DNA from: Roseibacillus sp.
GTDB lineage: Bacteria; Verrucomicrobiota; Verrucomicrobiia; Verrucomicrobiales; Akkermansiaceae
Assembly (NCBI GenBank): GCA_965242925.1
Contig: CBDEUM010000018.1
Location: 1-64,000, forward strand
Length of the DNA stretch: 64,000 nucleotides
Direction: 5' to 3'
Position 1 is the stretch's first letter. Every line of letters starts with the position of its first letter. Below the pieces are notes generated by a model that saw only the letters and a list, made by a program, of their open reading frames with translations, did not search any database and was not told where the DNA came from. A program made the translations under genes and the position numbers. Of this stretch, positions 37,989 to 48,199 are shown piece after piece.

Positions 37989-39401
37989 CTAACCTGTTAC
38001 TACGCCAGGAATCACGGGGGAGCCAGCCAGTTCCAGGACCTCCTTGGGCGCACTGGGAGAGAGTCGGAGTTTCCCGATATCGATCATGGTGTTGAGGAGG
38101 GTCGAGATCAGGTTATCGGGGCCGTAGGGCGTGCTGTTGGGTTCGCCTCCGTCGCGGGTCGAACGTCCGATCACCCGCCCACCTTCCATTCCTCCTCCGT
38201 AGAGGAGAAGGGGAGCGAGACGGGCCCAGTGATCGCGTCCACCCCGTTTGTTGAGCTTGGGGGTGCGGCCCATTTCCCCGGTGCAAACCAGGAGAATCTT
38301 GTCGCCCAGCCCGCGAGCCTCACAGTCGAGGATGAATTCGGCTACCGCATGGTCAAAGGAACGCCCCACCGCCTGCATACCATCCTGCATGTTGAGATTA
38401 TTGCCGTCCGCGTGCATGTCCCACACGCCGGCATAGCCCGCGTGGATGGTGACAAAGCCACATCCAGCCTCACACAGACGTCTGGCAGTGAGGAGGAGCT
38501 TGCCGATCGATTGGGCTTGCGCAGTGTAGTAGCCCTTCCTCCCACGGTTTACCTTGTTCCACTGGCCCCGTTTTGCGAAGCGGGAGGTATCATAACGGGA
38601 CAGGACCCGGGGGTCCTCCCTGCTCAGATCAAAGGCGTTGGAAACGTGTCCATTGAGAAGCACTTGGAAGGCCTGTTGCTGTAATTCGTCGAGCGCTTCC
38701 ATCCTGCCTCCCACGTCGATAGACCGGTTGAGACCATCGAGCTTGCCCAGAAGTTCTCGCCGGTCGGCGAAGAAGCGTTCCCGATTGACCTGTAACGTCA
38801 GGTCCTGCTGCAACTCGTCTCCAGCGCCCGAGAGGAAGGGAGCGAAGGAGGAGTTGTAGGGGCCGGTAGCTGCCAGGTTTCCGCGGGCCTCCGGCCTGGG
38901 TGCTCCGGGAAGCACGGTCCGGGGAAAGATGACGGCATTGGTGGGCATTCCCGAGAGGCGGCGGGTGGCGCCAGCCACCCGCGCATAATGCGTGCCGATA
39001 TTGGCTTCATGCGAGGACGGTCCTACGATCGGCTGGATGTTGTGCCCGGCATTCCGGGTCGTGAAGGAACGGACGACCGTTAACTTGTGAGCGAGTTTGG
39101 CCAGGCGCTGCATGGTGGCACCAAAATGCACCCCGGCCAGCGAGGTGCGGGTCGTGCCACCCACGGTGCGCACTTCGGAGGGCACATCCATCTTGGGGTC
39201 GAATGTCTCCAGCTGGCTCGGTCCGCCTTGCTGAAACAGGAAGATCACACACTTGTCCTTGAGTGGATTGTCCTGCGCTCTCGTGGCAGCAGCACGGCTG
39301 GCAAGAAGGGAAGGAAGGGAGAGGCCGGCCAGGCCGAGGCTGCCGAGGCGCAGAAGCTCGCGTCGTGATGTCCCGGGCCGCTGATCTGCGATCGTTAACA
39401 T
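37989..39401 (-). CDS. DUF1501 family protein, Tat-exported
   Basis: SRRELL; VIFLFQQGGPSQLETFDPK, WDMH, GEMGRTP, GRDHW. Confidence 0.92.
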   Translation of the reverse strand: MLTIADQRPGTSRRELLRLGSLGLAGLSLPSLLASRAAATRAQDNPLKDKCVIFLFQQGGPSQLETFDPKMDVPSEVRTVGGTTRTSLAGVHFGATMQRLAKLAHKLTVVRSFTTRNAGHNIQPIVGPSSHEANIGTHYARVAGATRRLSGMPTNAVIFPRTVLPGAPRPEARGNLAATGPYNSSFAPFLSGAGDELQQDLTLQVNRERFFADRRELLGKLDGLNRSIDVGGRMEALDELQQQAFQVLLNGHVSNAFDLSREDPRVLSRYDTSRFAKRGQWNKVNRGRKGYYTAQAQSIGKLLLTARRLCEAGCGFVTIHAGYAGVWDMHADGNNLNMQDGMQAVGRSFDHAVAEFILDCEARGLGDKILLVCTGEMGRTPKLNKRGGRDHWARLAPLLLYGGGMEGGRVIGRSTRDGGEPNSTPYGPDNLISTLLNTMIDIGKLRLSPSAPKEVLELAGSPVIPGVVTG

Positions 39402-39498
39402 GGAAGACCGTTTCTCCGGATCCCCCCTTTCACGGGAGAATCCATGGGTGGATCTATCTTATGGAATCGTGTGTCCACTGGAAAGGCAATAGCGCCCC

Positions 39499-40932
39499 CT
39501 ACTCCTCCATCTTCAGGGTCACCCGTTGGTCAACGGCTACATCCTTGACTGTGCGGGTCGATCCGTCAGGCCAGAGAATATCCACCTGGATGGGCTTGTC
39601 GTGTCCGCCGAGGCCGAAGTGGAGGACGAGGTCGTTCTGGTTCCCCTGTCCGGTTCCCGCGGCCACCTGGCGGGTGAGGATTCTGCCGTCCGGCAGGGCC
39701 ACGCGCGCCTGGGCGCCGATGGCGAACAGGTTCACCTTCTTCCGGTTGCCGAGGAGGCGTACCTTGAGCCAGTGGTGGTCTTTCTCGCCGCCATTCACGA
39801 AGAACCTGCCTGCCGCCATGAGATCGAGATCCCCGTCATTATCGAAGTCGGCCCATGCCGCCTGATAAGTGGGGGGCAAGCCGTCCAGCTTACTCCCGGC
39901 GGTTGCATTGACGAACTTGAAGTTGCCATCGTTGCGGAAGAGGACCGAGTTATTCTTGCGCCCGAAGGAAGCCACCCCGTAGACGGTCGTGAAGAAGAGA
40001 TCGAGATCGCCATCGTTGTCGTAATCGGCGGCGGAGGGGCTGGCGTAGGATTCCTGGTAGAAGACTCCGCCCTGGCCCTTGCTCTCGAATTTGAATTCGC
40101 CCTCCCGGCCGTTGTTGCGCAGCCAGAGCGACTCGGGCTGGTTGCCGCGACCGTCCTTGTGCGCAAAGTTGCCGGCGAAGAGATCAAAGTTGCCATCGTT
40201 GTCAAAGTCCCCCCAGGCCGCGCCGATGGAGTGGCCCCCGCCGAAGCCGGGACCATTTGCGATCACGCCAAAGGCGCCCGTTACATCCGAAAAGGTTCCC
40301 TTCCCATTGTTCTGCCAAAGGATGTTCGGCTGAAGTCGGTAGTTGGAGACGTAGATGTCGAGGTCACCGTCACGATCGAAGTCACAGGCGGTCACACCGC
40401 GGGCACGGTAGCGGACCTCGCTCCAGGTCAGCTTGAAGGATTTCCCCCCCTGGTTGGTCAGCAGGAAGTCGGCATAGGTGTCATTAGGCCAGGCCTCGTA
40501 GCCACCGGCATAGAGATCGACAAACCCGTCCCTGTTGAAGTCGCCCCAACAGGCCCCCAGCGAGCTGCCCTTGGGTAATTCGGGCAATTCAATGGCAACA
40601 AACTCCTTGCCGCCCTTGTTGCGGTAAATCTTGCGCCCGCCCCAGGAGTAGAGATCGAGAAAACCGTCATTATCGAAGTCGGCTGCCACGCAGGCTCCGG
40701 TGTTGGCCACTTCCACGAATTTTCTGCCCTTCTCGTTGCGGTAAACCTTCCCTCCGACGCAGATATCGGTCCAGCCGTCGTTGTTGAAGTCGAACCAGCA
40801 GGCCTCGTTCCCGCCTGCCAGGCCGAATTGCTCGCTCTTGTCCTCGAAGACAGCGGCGTGAACGGGGAGGGCGAGGAGGGCGAGGATTGAGAAACCCGGG
40901 CGGAGTAGAGCGGATGTGTAGGTTGAACGCAT
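39499..40932 (-). CDS. CRTAC1-like FG-GAP repeat + ASPIC/UnbV domain protein
   Basis: Repeated D[FY][DN]NDG..D; C-terminal WLKVRL.G..AIGA..LHFGLG..WPDG; signal peptide. Confidence 0.9.
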   Translation of the reverse strand: MRSTYTSALLRPGFSILALLALPVHAAVFEDKSEQFGLAGGNEACWFDFNNDGWTDICVGGKVYRNEKGRKFVEVANTGACVAADFDNDGFLDLYSWGGRKIYRNKGGKEFVAIELPELPKGSSLGACWGDFNRDGFVDLYAGGYEAWPNDTYADFLLTNQGGKSFKLTWSEVRYRARGVTACDFDRDGDLDIYVSNYRLQPNILWQNNGKGTFSDVTGAFGVIANGPGFGGGHSIGAAWGDFDNDGNFDLFAGNFAHKDGRGNQPESLWLRNNGREGEFKFESKGQGGVFYQESYASPSAADYDNDGDLDLFFTTVYGVASFGRKNNSVLFRNDGNFKFVNATAGSKLDGLPPTYQAAWADFDNDGDLDLMAAGRFFVNGGEKDHHWLKVRLLGNRKKVNLFAIGAQARVALPDGRILTRQVAAGTGQGNQNDLVLHFGLGGHDKPIQVDILWPDGSTRTVKDVAVDQRVTLKMEE

Positions 40933-41172
40933 TCCTCTGGTGTACACCTGTCGGGTTCAGGGTGACAGGGGAAATAAAGCAGACAATGGAAGGGCCTTGT
41001 GGTGCCTGAACAGGGAACCCGGGGTGATCTCACGCGATAGTCATCTTCTCTGGTTCACCAGTGGACAGCGATGGATCGCGAGGTGGATGCTCTGCGGTAT
41101 CGGCAGCTTGTGCTGTCCCAGGTGCGTTTTTTGATGCATCAGAGACCCGGAGGTTGTTAGATCTCCGGCACC

Positions 41173-41586
41173 ATGATTTGCGATCGTAGTCTAGTTCTGG
41201 CGGGGGCCGTGGTTGCCCTTGCCACCGGTTGCACCCAGCATTCCGGTGGTGGATCCGGGGGGGGGGCAGCTGGTCCGGAGCTTCCGGCCCTGTCGACTGT
41301 CCCGGAGGCCGCCGGACCAGTCCGGGCCAAGCCCGGCTTCAAGAACGCGCAGCAGCTCTCCGATTCGGTGAAGGTGGGTGTACCCCAGCGGGTAGTGGAG
41401 GCCATGTTCGGCCCCCCGGACAAGGCAGGCTACAAGATTTACGGCCGGGCGGCCGGGACCCCCTGGCGAGCGCTGGTGTGGGAGTGGGTCTTTCAGGATG
41501 TCAATCCGCCACGGGCGCTTTCCATCGTGTTCCAGGAAGACGGATCGGGTACGTGGCGGGTCAATCACGGGGACTGGCCGGAGTAG
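41173..41586 (+). CDS. Lipoprotein with a SmpA/OmlA (BamE)-like domain
   Basis: ATG-C lipobox-like site; VKVG.....VEAMFGPPD..W.W..L.I.F..G.V pattern. Confidence 0.65.
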   Translation: MICDRSLVLAGAVVALATGCTQHSGGGSGGGAAGPELPALSTVPEAAGPVRAKPGFKNAQQLSDSVKVGVPQRVVEAMFGPPDKAGYKIYGRAAGTPWRALVWEWVFQDVNPPRALSIVFQEDGSGTWRVNHGDWPE

Positions 41587-41590
41587 GGGT

Positions 41591-44500
41591 CTATCGCTGG
41601 GGAACGGGGGCTTCCAGCACGGTGGCCCCATTCCTGTCGCTCATGACAAGGACGCTGAACTTGAGCACGTCACCGATGTCACTTGTGCTCACGCTGGCAT
41701 AGTCGAACTTTCCCCGGAGATCAGTGTAGCCGTCCTTGTAGAACTGCGGACCGGAACTGGTCAGGGCATAGACCTTGACGTATGTGGCGGGGAGGGGGCG
41801 GTTGTCACCGGCGTGGCGCACGGTGAGGATGCCGTAGCGTTCGCTGACCGCGGTGTTCAGTTCGTTGGAGTAAACGGCCAGGGACCGTTTTTTCCCTCCT
41901 CCAATCACCTCGACGAGGACATTCTTGGACTGATACTCGCGGGGAAGTTCAAAATTATGCGAGCGGTTGTTGTCAGCCAGTTGGAGACGCTCGGACTTGT
42001 TGGGTCGCACTACTGAGAAGCTGCCACTGCTGCTGGATACGAACGGGTTGGTGCTGAAGAGGAACTCCAGGTCCATTTCGTAGTAGTTGACCTGCACATT
42101 GGTCACCCTCTGGTAGTCAATGGTGACCAGGGATCCGTCCACTCTGAGGTCGAGGGAGGGTTCCGCGGCGGCCAGTTTGGCCTGCTGCTGGTTCCGGTCC
42201 TCTTCAGTGGCAATCTGCGGCCCCTTGCCCTGAATCTCGTCGGCCTGTGCGATCACATTGACGAAGCGTTCGCGCCAGCGGTCCACCGGGTGCTGGGTGT
42301 ATTTCACGGCAATGGCGCGGGCCTCATCCGGTTGGGCCCGGTAGAAGGCGCTGTAGGCGCGGAAGTAGTCGTATTGGATGCTGGTGGGGAGAGCTTCCGC
42401 ATTCACCGTGTCCAGCCTGTCCATGGCCTCCGCAGCCCGGTCCTGCAGGAAGAGGTAGTAGGTAGTGCTCAGCTGGTCGGCGTGATCAAGCGTGGGTTTC
42501 TGGCTTAGAATACGCAGGAAGCTCTGGTACTGGTTGCGGATGCGGCCATTCAGGATCTTACGCGTCCCCCCTACGACGTGAGCGCGATTGTTAACGAGAG
42601 GCTTGTACTCGAGATGTTCGTAGGCGCGACGGGCCACGGGATCGATGGTGACGAGCTCACTGGCGAGATAGTCACCGCAGTTGTTGAGGTAGCGTCCGTC
42701 CACGAGGAGAAACTGGCGGGCGATGGGCATGTGATTGTGGAAGAGCCCATAGCTGTAGAGTTCGCGATGGTACTTGCCCCGGCGGTGCAGGATCTCGAGG
42801 GCCTTCCTGAAGAAGTCCCCGCTCTCGCGGCAGCGCCAGGCAACCTGGAGGAGATTGATGTTGTGCAGGTTCATTTTTGAGAGGTAGGTGAGGACCTGTT
42901 CCCCGGTGCCCCACTGACTGATGTGAGCCCAGGAACTTTCATCCACCCTGGAGGGTTCGCTCACCACCTTGAAGGTGAACTTCTCGGCGTGGGCAATGAC
43001 GGCGCCACTCTTGGAGACATGGGCCGGATAGCATGGATAGTCGCCGGCGGCTGGGAAGTAGAAGAAGTGCTCGAGACGCTGGGTGGTGTAGGGGTCGAGG
43101 GAGATCTTGCGCGTGCCCGTGGCGCGGTGACCGAGCACCGGCATGGCCCCCTGCGGAATCTGGAGCAGCACGTCGAGTTTCTGCCTGGTGCTGGTGGGGT
43201 TGGTGACCACGACCTGGGCCCCGTAGGCCACGCTGGTCACGAACTCATCGCTGACGAACTTGTCGACCTGCTCGCCATTCTCGATCCGGTGGCGGTCGCC
43301 GTGGCGGAAGTAGGCCTGGCTTACCAGGAGGGGAGGACGGTTGTCGGCCAGTCCGGCTTCCTTTATCTCACGGTGGAAGGCGATGGCGCTGTCCGCGGCG
43401 GTGAAGACAAGTTTGGGTCCATCAATATCCATGCTGCTCTCCGGTGAATCGAAGGGCAGGTCAAGAACGGCAAGGGCGAGGAGGGTTTCGTGAATATTCC
43501 GGGCGGCTTCTCCCAGGTGCCTTGAGCCGAATGCTTTCCCCTTCTCATGCCGGACGTAGTCGAGCCAGAACCTGCTCTCGGCAATGAGGTCATGAGTGTG
43601 GGAACCAATGGGCAGCCGGTAGTAATTCGTCTCGGCCCACTCCCTGGTGGTTTCCACCGCGCGGTAGAGCGCCTCCACGGTGGAAGCGTCGAGGTCGGAG
43701 TCGCTGGCATAGGCGTCGAAGGCATCTTCTTTTCCGACAAAGTCCTTCTGCTGTAGTTCTGCCTTTTCCCGTCCCTCCTTTGCCTTGGCCTGGCGTTTGT
43801 CCTGTACCGCACCCAGTTTCTTCATTTCCTCAACGGCCGACTCGGTTACGGCCCCTTCTGCCTCATCCAGGGACAGGGCATTGCTCTCCAGGCTGCGTCT
43901 CAGGGACCGGCCCCGGCTTTTTCCATCCGTGAAACCGCCCCCGGCCCCGGGGGCGGAGGCCACCGGGGGGCTTGCTGGTGCGGAGATCGCATCAGTAACC
44001 CGGCCAAACCAGCCGTTGGCCTTGTCCCGGGCCGCATTGAGGTCGCTGAAGGTCAGTCCGCCGGTCGCGAGTGCTCCATTGAAGAGCATGTTGGAGCGGG
44101 TAAGGTCGGGGGGGTGGAGCGCGAGGCGGTCGCGAAAATCCCACTGCGTGCTTTCGAGGCGGTCCTCGGAGCGATGGGCAAGGAGAATGCGCTCCAGGGA
44201 GTTGAGACGTTCGTATTCGAACGGTTCGAGGTAGGGGTTGAGCTTGGATCCCAGCAGGAACTTGTCGACGAAGGTCTGGTCGCGTTTGTTGGCAAGGTAG
44301 GGTGCGATCACCTCCGCGAAGAACCGGGGATCCTTTTTCCAGAGGAAGAAGTTCAGCTCATGGCAGGCGAACTGGGAATACCTGGTGCGTTTTTCCTCTT
44401 CCTTGAGATCCGGCCAGTTGAGGATGAACTCGAATTGACGCAGGGTTGCATCCTCCCGGACGGCAAGCAGGTAACGGTAAGCGCTGGAGAGATTCTCAAA

Positions 44501-47500
44501 AACCTCAAGGCGCGCGGTGCGCAGGTCCTTGATCTCCAGGCGCTCGCCCTTCTTCAGGAGGGTGACCGAGTCCTGTTCGGTGAAGTGGCGATCCGGGTCG
44601 AGGGCCTGGCGGAGGCGCAGGTCCGCGATTTCGGTTGCGCGTTCCGGCAGGGAGAGTTCGCCGTAGCTTGCCCCCTGATGGTCGAGGACGAGGACGTGCA
44701 CGTGCTGGCGGTCGCCGAAGGCATCGAGGTCGATGGAGAGGTGGCCCTTCTCGTCCGGTTGCAGGTTGAGAAGACTGACCGGGCCGTTGACGAGGAAATC
44801 GACCGCGCTGCCGGTAGGAACTTCCTCCCCAGCCTGTTTGCGCGCTGAAGGCGAGGATGCTCTTGCGGCCTTGGCGGCCTGGCCGGTCAGGGCGCGATCG
44901 TAATCTTCCCCCTTCGTGAGGGTTTCCTCTTCCGCCTCGGTGTCGCGGACGGCCCAGGGATTGAGGATAATCTCAGGGCGTTCGAGCATGTTGCCCGGCA
45001 GTTTCCGGGCATAGCGCCGCTCAAGGACGTAGCGGAATTCGTCCCCGATCTTGCGACCGCTGACGTAGAGGTTGGGCAGGTGGCCGGGGGTGCCGCTGAA
45101 GAGTCCGCCCCGGGGGGCGTGGCCGAGGAAGCCAAAGAGGTCGAAGTCCGGCAGGAAGCGGGTGGCAATAATGTGTACGCGGGTGGCCTTGTCGGTATTC
45201 GCCACGTTGATCTCCAGAGACTTGCCGTCGACGGAGAGCTTTGTCAGGTGCGAGGGGTCCCGGTCGACCAACTCGAGGGTCCGGGCGCTGTTGAAGACGT
45301 GCCCGTTGGCCACCGTTCCCCGGGCAACCCGGAGGGTGATGGACTGGCTGCTCTTCTTGAGGAGGAGGCGGTAGTCGCCGGGTTCAAGGTTGTCGGCCAC
45401 GAGGAAGCCGTCCTTGAGAGACAGGGCCTTGAAAGCGTCTGAAGTGATTCCGGCCGGGGAGATGGCATGGAGGGCCAGTTCTTCCCGGGTCAGGGTCCCG
45501 GCGTAGGGAATGTGGATACTTTCTCCGGCCACGGCATGGATTAACCCGGGATTTGTGCGGCGGGCCCGGGGAAGCTGCCAGACGCGCTGGTGGTTGTCCG
45601 CGGTCCGGGCAGTGATGCTCGCGACACCATCGAGAGCTCCGAGCTCAACGCCCCCTGACTTGTCGGTTTTCAGGGTGAAGCTCCGGGTATTCTTGAAATT
45701 GGGCCGTCGGATCGTGACGTAGAGATGTTGCCCCAGGCCAGGCTCTCCGCTTCGTCCGAGGAGCTGAACGGTGTACTTTCCGTTCACCCTGCTCAGGAAG
45801 AGGTCCCTGATCCGGTCACTGCGAAGCTGTCCGTTGATCGTGAAGGCCTGGTCGGCGGAGAGCTCGATCTCCTTCTGCCCCTGGCTGGCCACCTTGACAG
45901 CGGCGACCAATCGGATGTTGAGGCTGGAGAGACGGTTGGGAACCCGGATCTCGTGAGTGGCTTCCCGGTCGGAGGCGATCTTGAAGTCGCTTACCGTGCT
46001 GGTGGTGGAGATGCCGTCGAGGTCGGTCGAAACAAGGACCAGGCGGACCTTCTCGAGACGTGTCAGCGAGATGGGTTGTCCGGCCACGGTGAGGGTGGGG
46101 CGGACCATGATGGTGGCCTTGGCACCCGGACGGAGGGCCTCACGGTCGAGGCGAATGCCGGCGTGGAGCTGGTAGGATTCCGACGAGTGCTGGAAGTGGG
46201 CGAGGCTGGCGAAGCCATCGGGGGCTTCAATGACGGGGGTGCGCGTGCCGGGCTCGTTGGAGAAGGGGATGAGGGTGCGGCCCTTTTCGTCACATTCATA
46301 GCGGCGGCCTCCGAACCAGACGGCGACCCCGGGGGCTGGTTTGCGGGTTTCATCCAGGATGGTGATTACTTCTCCCCCGCTGCTGGTGGCGGAGAGGACG
46401 TCGAGGCGGCCCTTGCGGATGACGGCCCGGCTGCTCTTGCTGCCTCCAATGAATTCGACGATCCATACTCCGCGCCGGTCTTCGATCTCGGGAAACTCGA
46501 AATCGCGGGGAACCCGGCGCTGCGGGGCCTCCTTGTAATCGAAGGTGCGTTCGTGGTTGGTGACCAGTCCGTCGAGGGCGAGGTCGGTACTGACCTCGGT
46601 GCCGTGCTTGAGGTAGTAATTGAGGGTGTTCACCTCAAAGACCTTCACGATCAGGGTCTGCACGTTCTTGAGGTGAACGCGGAGGCTGACGTTGTCGCTG
46701 ACTCCGAAGTGTTCCGGATTGCTGGGATCAAATTCGATGTCGACCCGGTCCTTCAGGGCCTGGAACTGGCTGGGGCTCAGCAGGGAGGCCCAACGCTCGG
46801 GGTCACCGATCCCGTTGACGATCTTGGTTTCGGCAAAGACCGCCTTGAGCCAGCTCTCTCTGAAGTAGGGAGCGTAGGCCTTGTAGTCTCCGGATTCCCT
46901 GAGGAAATGAAGGAGATAATTCCGGACGACCGGCTCGTCAGTGCCGATGGGGGCCAGTCCGGTCACGTTACGGAAGTTCTGGCCAAGATTTGCGGGGTGA
47001 CGCCAGAGCTCGCTCTCCTTCCGGGCCCAGTCCGGATGCACGTAGGGGACACGGCGGGGGAGCTTGACGTATGTCATGAAGCGGTTGGCATCATGCGCGC
47101 CCTGGGAGTGATCAAAGACCAGACGCTGGTAGAGAAGGTGTGCCTTCAGGGAATTGAAGGAGGGCCCGAGCCGGGAGACGAATTTCCAGGCGCGTTCCAG
47201 GTAAGCCTTGCGGACTTCCGGACTGGCAGCTGGATTGGCATCGGCGCCGGGGCGCAGCTTGGCGAGGTAGGTGTGAACGTAATTTGCGTTGAGGAGGAGG
47301 TCCTTCCGCCCGCCACGCAGTTCATCGAGCTGGGCGATGGTGAGCGCGCGATGAATGTTGAACTCGCCGAACCCCCGGCTCTCCTTGCTTTTAAGATCCT
47401 CCAGGATGAGAGCGATCAGGCCGGGGAGATCGGGGTTGTCGGCGCGACTGAGGAGATCACGCCTCTGGGCTCCGGTGAGGGCATGTCCGCTGGTGAGCAG

Positions 47501-48010
47501 GGCGAAGAATTCGTTCCGGGTGATATTTTGCAGGGTCTGGATGCCTCGGAGGGCATCAGCAAGGAATTTGTTCCATGAGAGTTCCTCCTGCTTGAGGACC
47601 GAGGGAAACTCCCGGGCCCTGGCCTTGCCTTCCTGCTGGTGGCTAAACTGCAGCTTCAGCTCGCGCCGGATATGTTCCAGCGAGTTCTTTGGATCGCGAG
47701 GATAATTGATGAGGGCTTCGCGGTTGAGAATGAGGTTGCGCAGGCTGGATTTCGGAAAGCGCTTGTGCCACTGGGCAAGGATGTCAGCGAGTTCCTTGTC
47801 CTGCCTGGTATTCTGATAGTGAAGGGCATGGAAGTAGTAGTAGTCCTCGGTTCCCGGGATGAGTTGCTTGAGCGCTTCCCCGCGGTCGTCGGCAAGGGCA
47901 AATTTCTCGATGAAGCCGATCTCCTGCTGAGCGCAGATCCAGGGAATGAGGGTCGCCAGAATGGCAGAGGCAAGCATGACAGGGTGGGTGAATCGGGATG
48001 CTTTGTTCAT
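41591..48010 (-). CDS. Giant (2139 aa) secreted hypothetical protein with macroglobulin-domain-like segments
   Basis: 6.4-kb uninterrupted ORF with host-like codon usage and a signal peptide; see findings for motifs. Confidence 0.85.
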   Translation of the reverse strand: MNKASRFTHPVMLASAILATLIPWICAQQEIGFIEKFALADDRGEALKQLIPGTEDYYYFHALHYQNTRQDKELADILAQWHKRFPKSSLRNLILNREALINYPRDPKNSLEHIRRELKLQFSHQQEGKARAREFPSVLKQEELSWNKFLADALRGIQTLQNITRNEFFALLTSGHALTGAQRRDLLSRADNPDLPGLIALILEDLKSKESRGFGEFNIHRALTIAQLDELRGGRKDLLLNANYVHTYLAKLRPGADANPAASPEVRKAYLERAWKFVSRLGPSFNSLKAHLLYQRLVFDHSQGAHDANRFMTYVKLPRRVPYVHPDWARKESELWRHPANLGQNFRNVTGLAPIGTDEPVVRNYLLHFLRESGDYKAYAPYFRESWLKAVFAETKIVNGIGDPERWASLLSPSQFQALKDRVDIEFDPSNPEHFGVSDNVSLRVHLKNVQTLIVKVFEVNTLNYYLKHGTEVSTDLALDGLVTNHERTFDYKEAPQRRVPRDFEFPEIEDRRGVWIVEFIGGSKSSRAVIRKGRLDVLSATSSGGEVITILDETRKPAPGVAVWFGGRRYECDEKGRTLIPFSNEPGTRTPVIEAPDGFASLAHFQHSSESYQLHAGIRLDREALRPGAKATIMVRPTLTVAGQPISLTRLEKVRLVLVSTDLDGISTTSTVSDFKIASDREATHEIRVPNRLSSLNIRLVAAVKVASQGQKEIELSADQAFTINGQLRSDRIRDLFLSRVNGKYTVQLLGRSGEPGLGQHLYVTIRRPNFKNTRSFTLKTDKSGGVELGALDGVASITARTADNHQRVWQLPRARRTNPGLIHAVAGESIHIPYAGTLTREELALHAISPAGITSDAFKALSLKDGFLVADNLEPGDYRLLLKKSSQSITLRVARGTVANGHVFNSARTLELVDRDPSHLTKLSVDGKSLEINVANTDKATRVHIIATRFLPDFDLFGFLGHAPRGGLFSGTPGHLPNLYVSGRKIGDEFRYVLERRYARKLPGNMLERPEIILNPWAVRDTEAEEETLTKGEDYDRALTGQAAKAARASSPSARKQAGEEVPTGSAVDFLVNGPVSLLNLQPDEKGHLSIDLDAFGDRQHVHVLVLDHQGASYGELSLPERATEIADLRLRQALDPDRHFTEQDSVTLLKKGERLEIKDLRTARLEVFENLSSAYRYLLAVREDATLRQFEFILNWPDLKEEEKRTRYSQFACHELNFFLWKKDPRFFAEVIAPYLANKRDQTFVDKFLLGSKLNPYLEPFEYERLNSLERILLAHRSEDRLESTQWDFRDRLALHPPDLTRSNMLFNGALATGGLTFSDLNAARDKANGWFGRVTDAISAPASPPVASAPGAGGGFTDGKSRGRSLRRSLESNALSLDEAEGAVTESAVEEMKKLGAVQDKRQAKAKEGREKAELQQKDFVGKEDAFDAYASDSDLDASTVEALYRAVETTREWAETNYYRLPIGSHTHDLIAESRFWLDYVRHEKGKAFGSRHLGEAARNIHETLLALAVLDLPFDSPESSMDIDGPKLVFTAADSAIAFHREIKEAGLADNRPPLLVSQAYFRHGDRHRIENGEQVDKFVSDEFVTSVAYGAQVVVTNPTSTRQKLDVLLQIPQGAMPVLGHRATGTRKISLDPYTTQRLEHFFYFPAAGDYPCYPAHVSKSGAVIAHAEKFTFKVVSEPSRVDESSWAHISQWGTGEQVLTYLSKMNLHNINLLQVAWRCRESGDFFRKALEILHRRGKYHRELYSYGLFHNHMPIARQFLLVDGRYLNNCGDYLASELVTIDPVARRAYEHLEYKPLVNNRAHVVGGTRKILNGRIRNQYQSFLRILSQKPTLDHADQLSTTYYLFLQDRAAEAMDRLDTVNAEALPTSIQYDYFRAYSAFYRAQPDEARAIAVKYTQHPVDRWRERFVNVIAQADEIQGKGPQIATEEDRNQQQAKLAAAEPSLDLRVDGSLVTIDYQRVTNVQVNYYEMDLEFLFSTNPFVSSSSGSFSVVRPNKSERLQLADNNRSHNFELPREYQSKNVLVEVIGGGKKRSLAVYSNELNTAVSERYGILTVRHAGDNRPLPATYVKVYALTSSGPQFYKDGYTDLRGKFDYASVSTSDIGDVLKFSVLVMSDRNGATVLEAPVPQR

Positions 48011-48199
48011 GAGCTGAATTCGGTTGTCTGGACGAAGTGCATGGTGTGCATGCCCTGGTTAAGGAGGATGACCACTAAGAAGCGGACACGATTCCAGTAT
48101 TTTTCTTAGGATTTTTTGGATCAGAAGAGCACATGCCATGCCCCAATCGGGGAAAGGTCAACCCGGACAGGAGCGCAGCGGGAGTCAAATATCCAGCGA

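Noticed and set aside
40933..41172. Several short palindromes and hairpins in the divergent intergenic region (GGTGTACACC, TGATGCATCA, CCGGAG..CTCCGG)
   Set aside because: The arms are 5-7 bp, expected by chance at this GC content, and do not form a consistent motif or a recognisable riboswitch.
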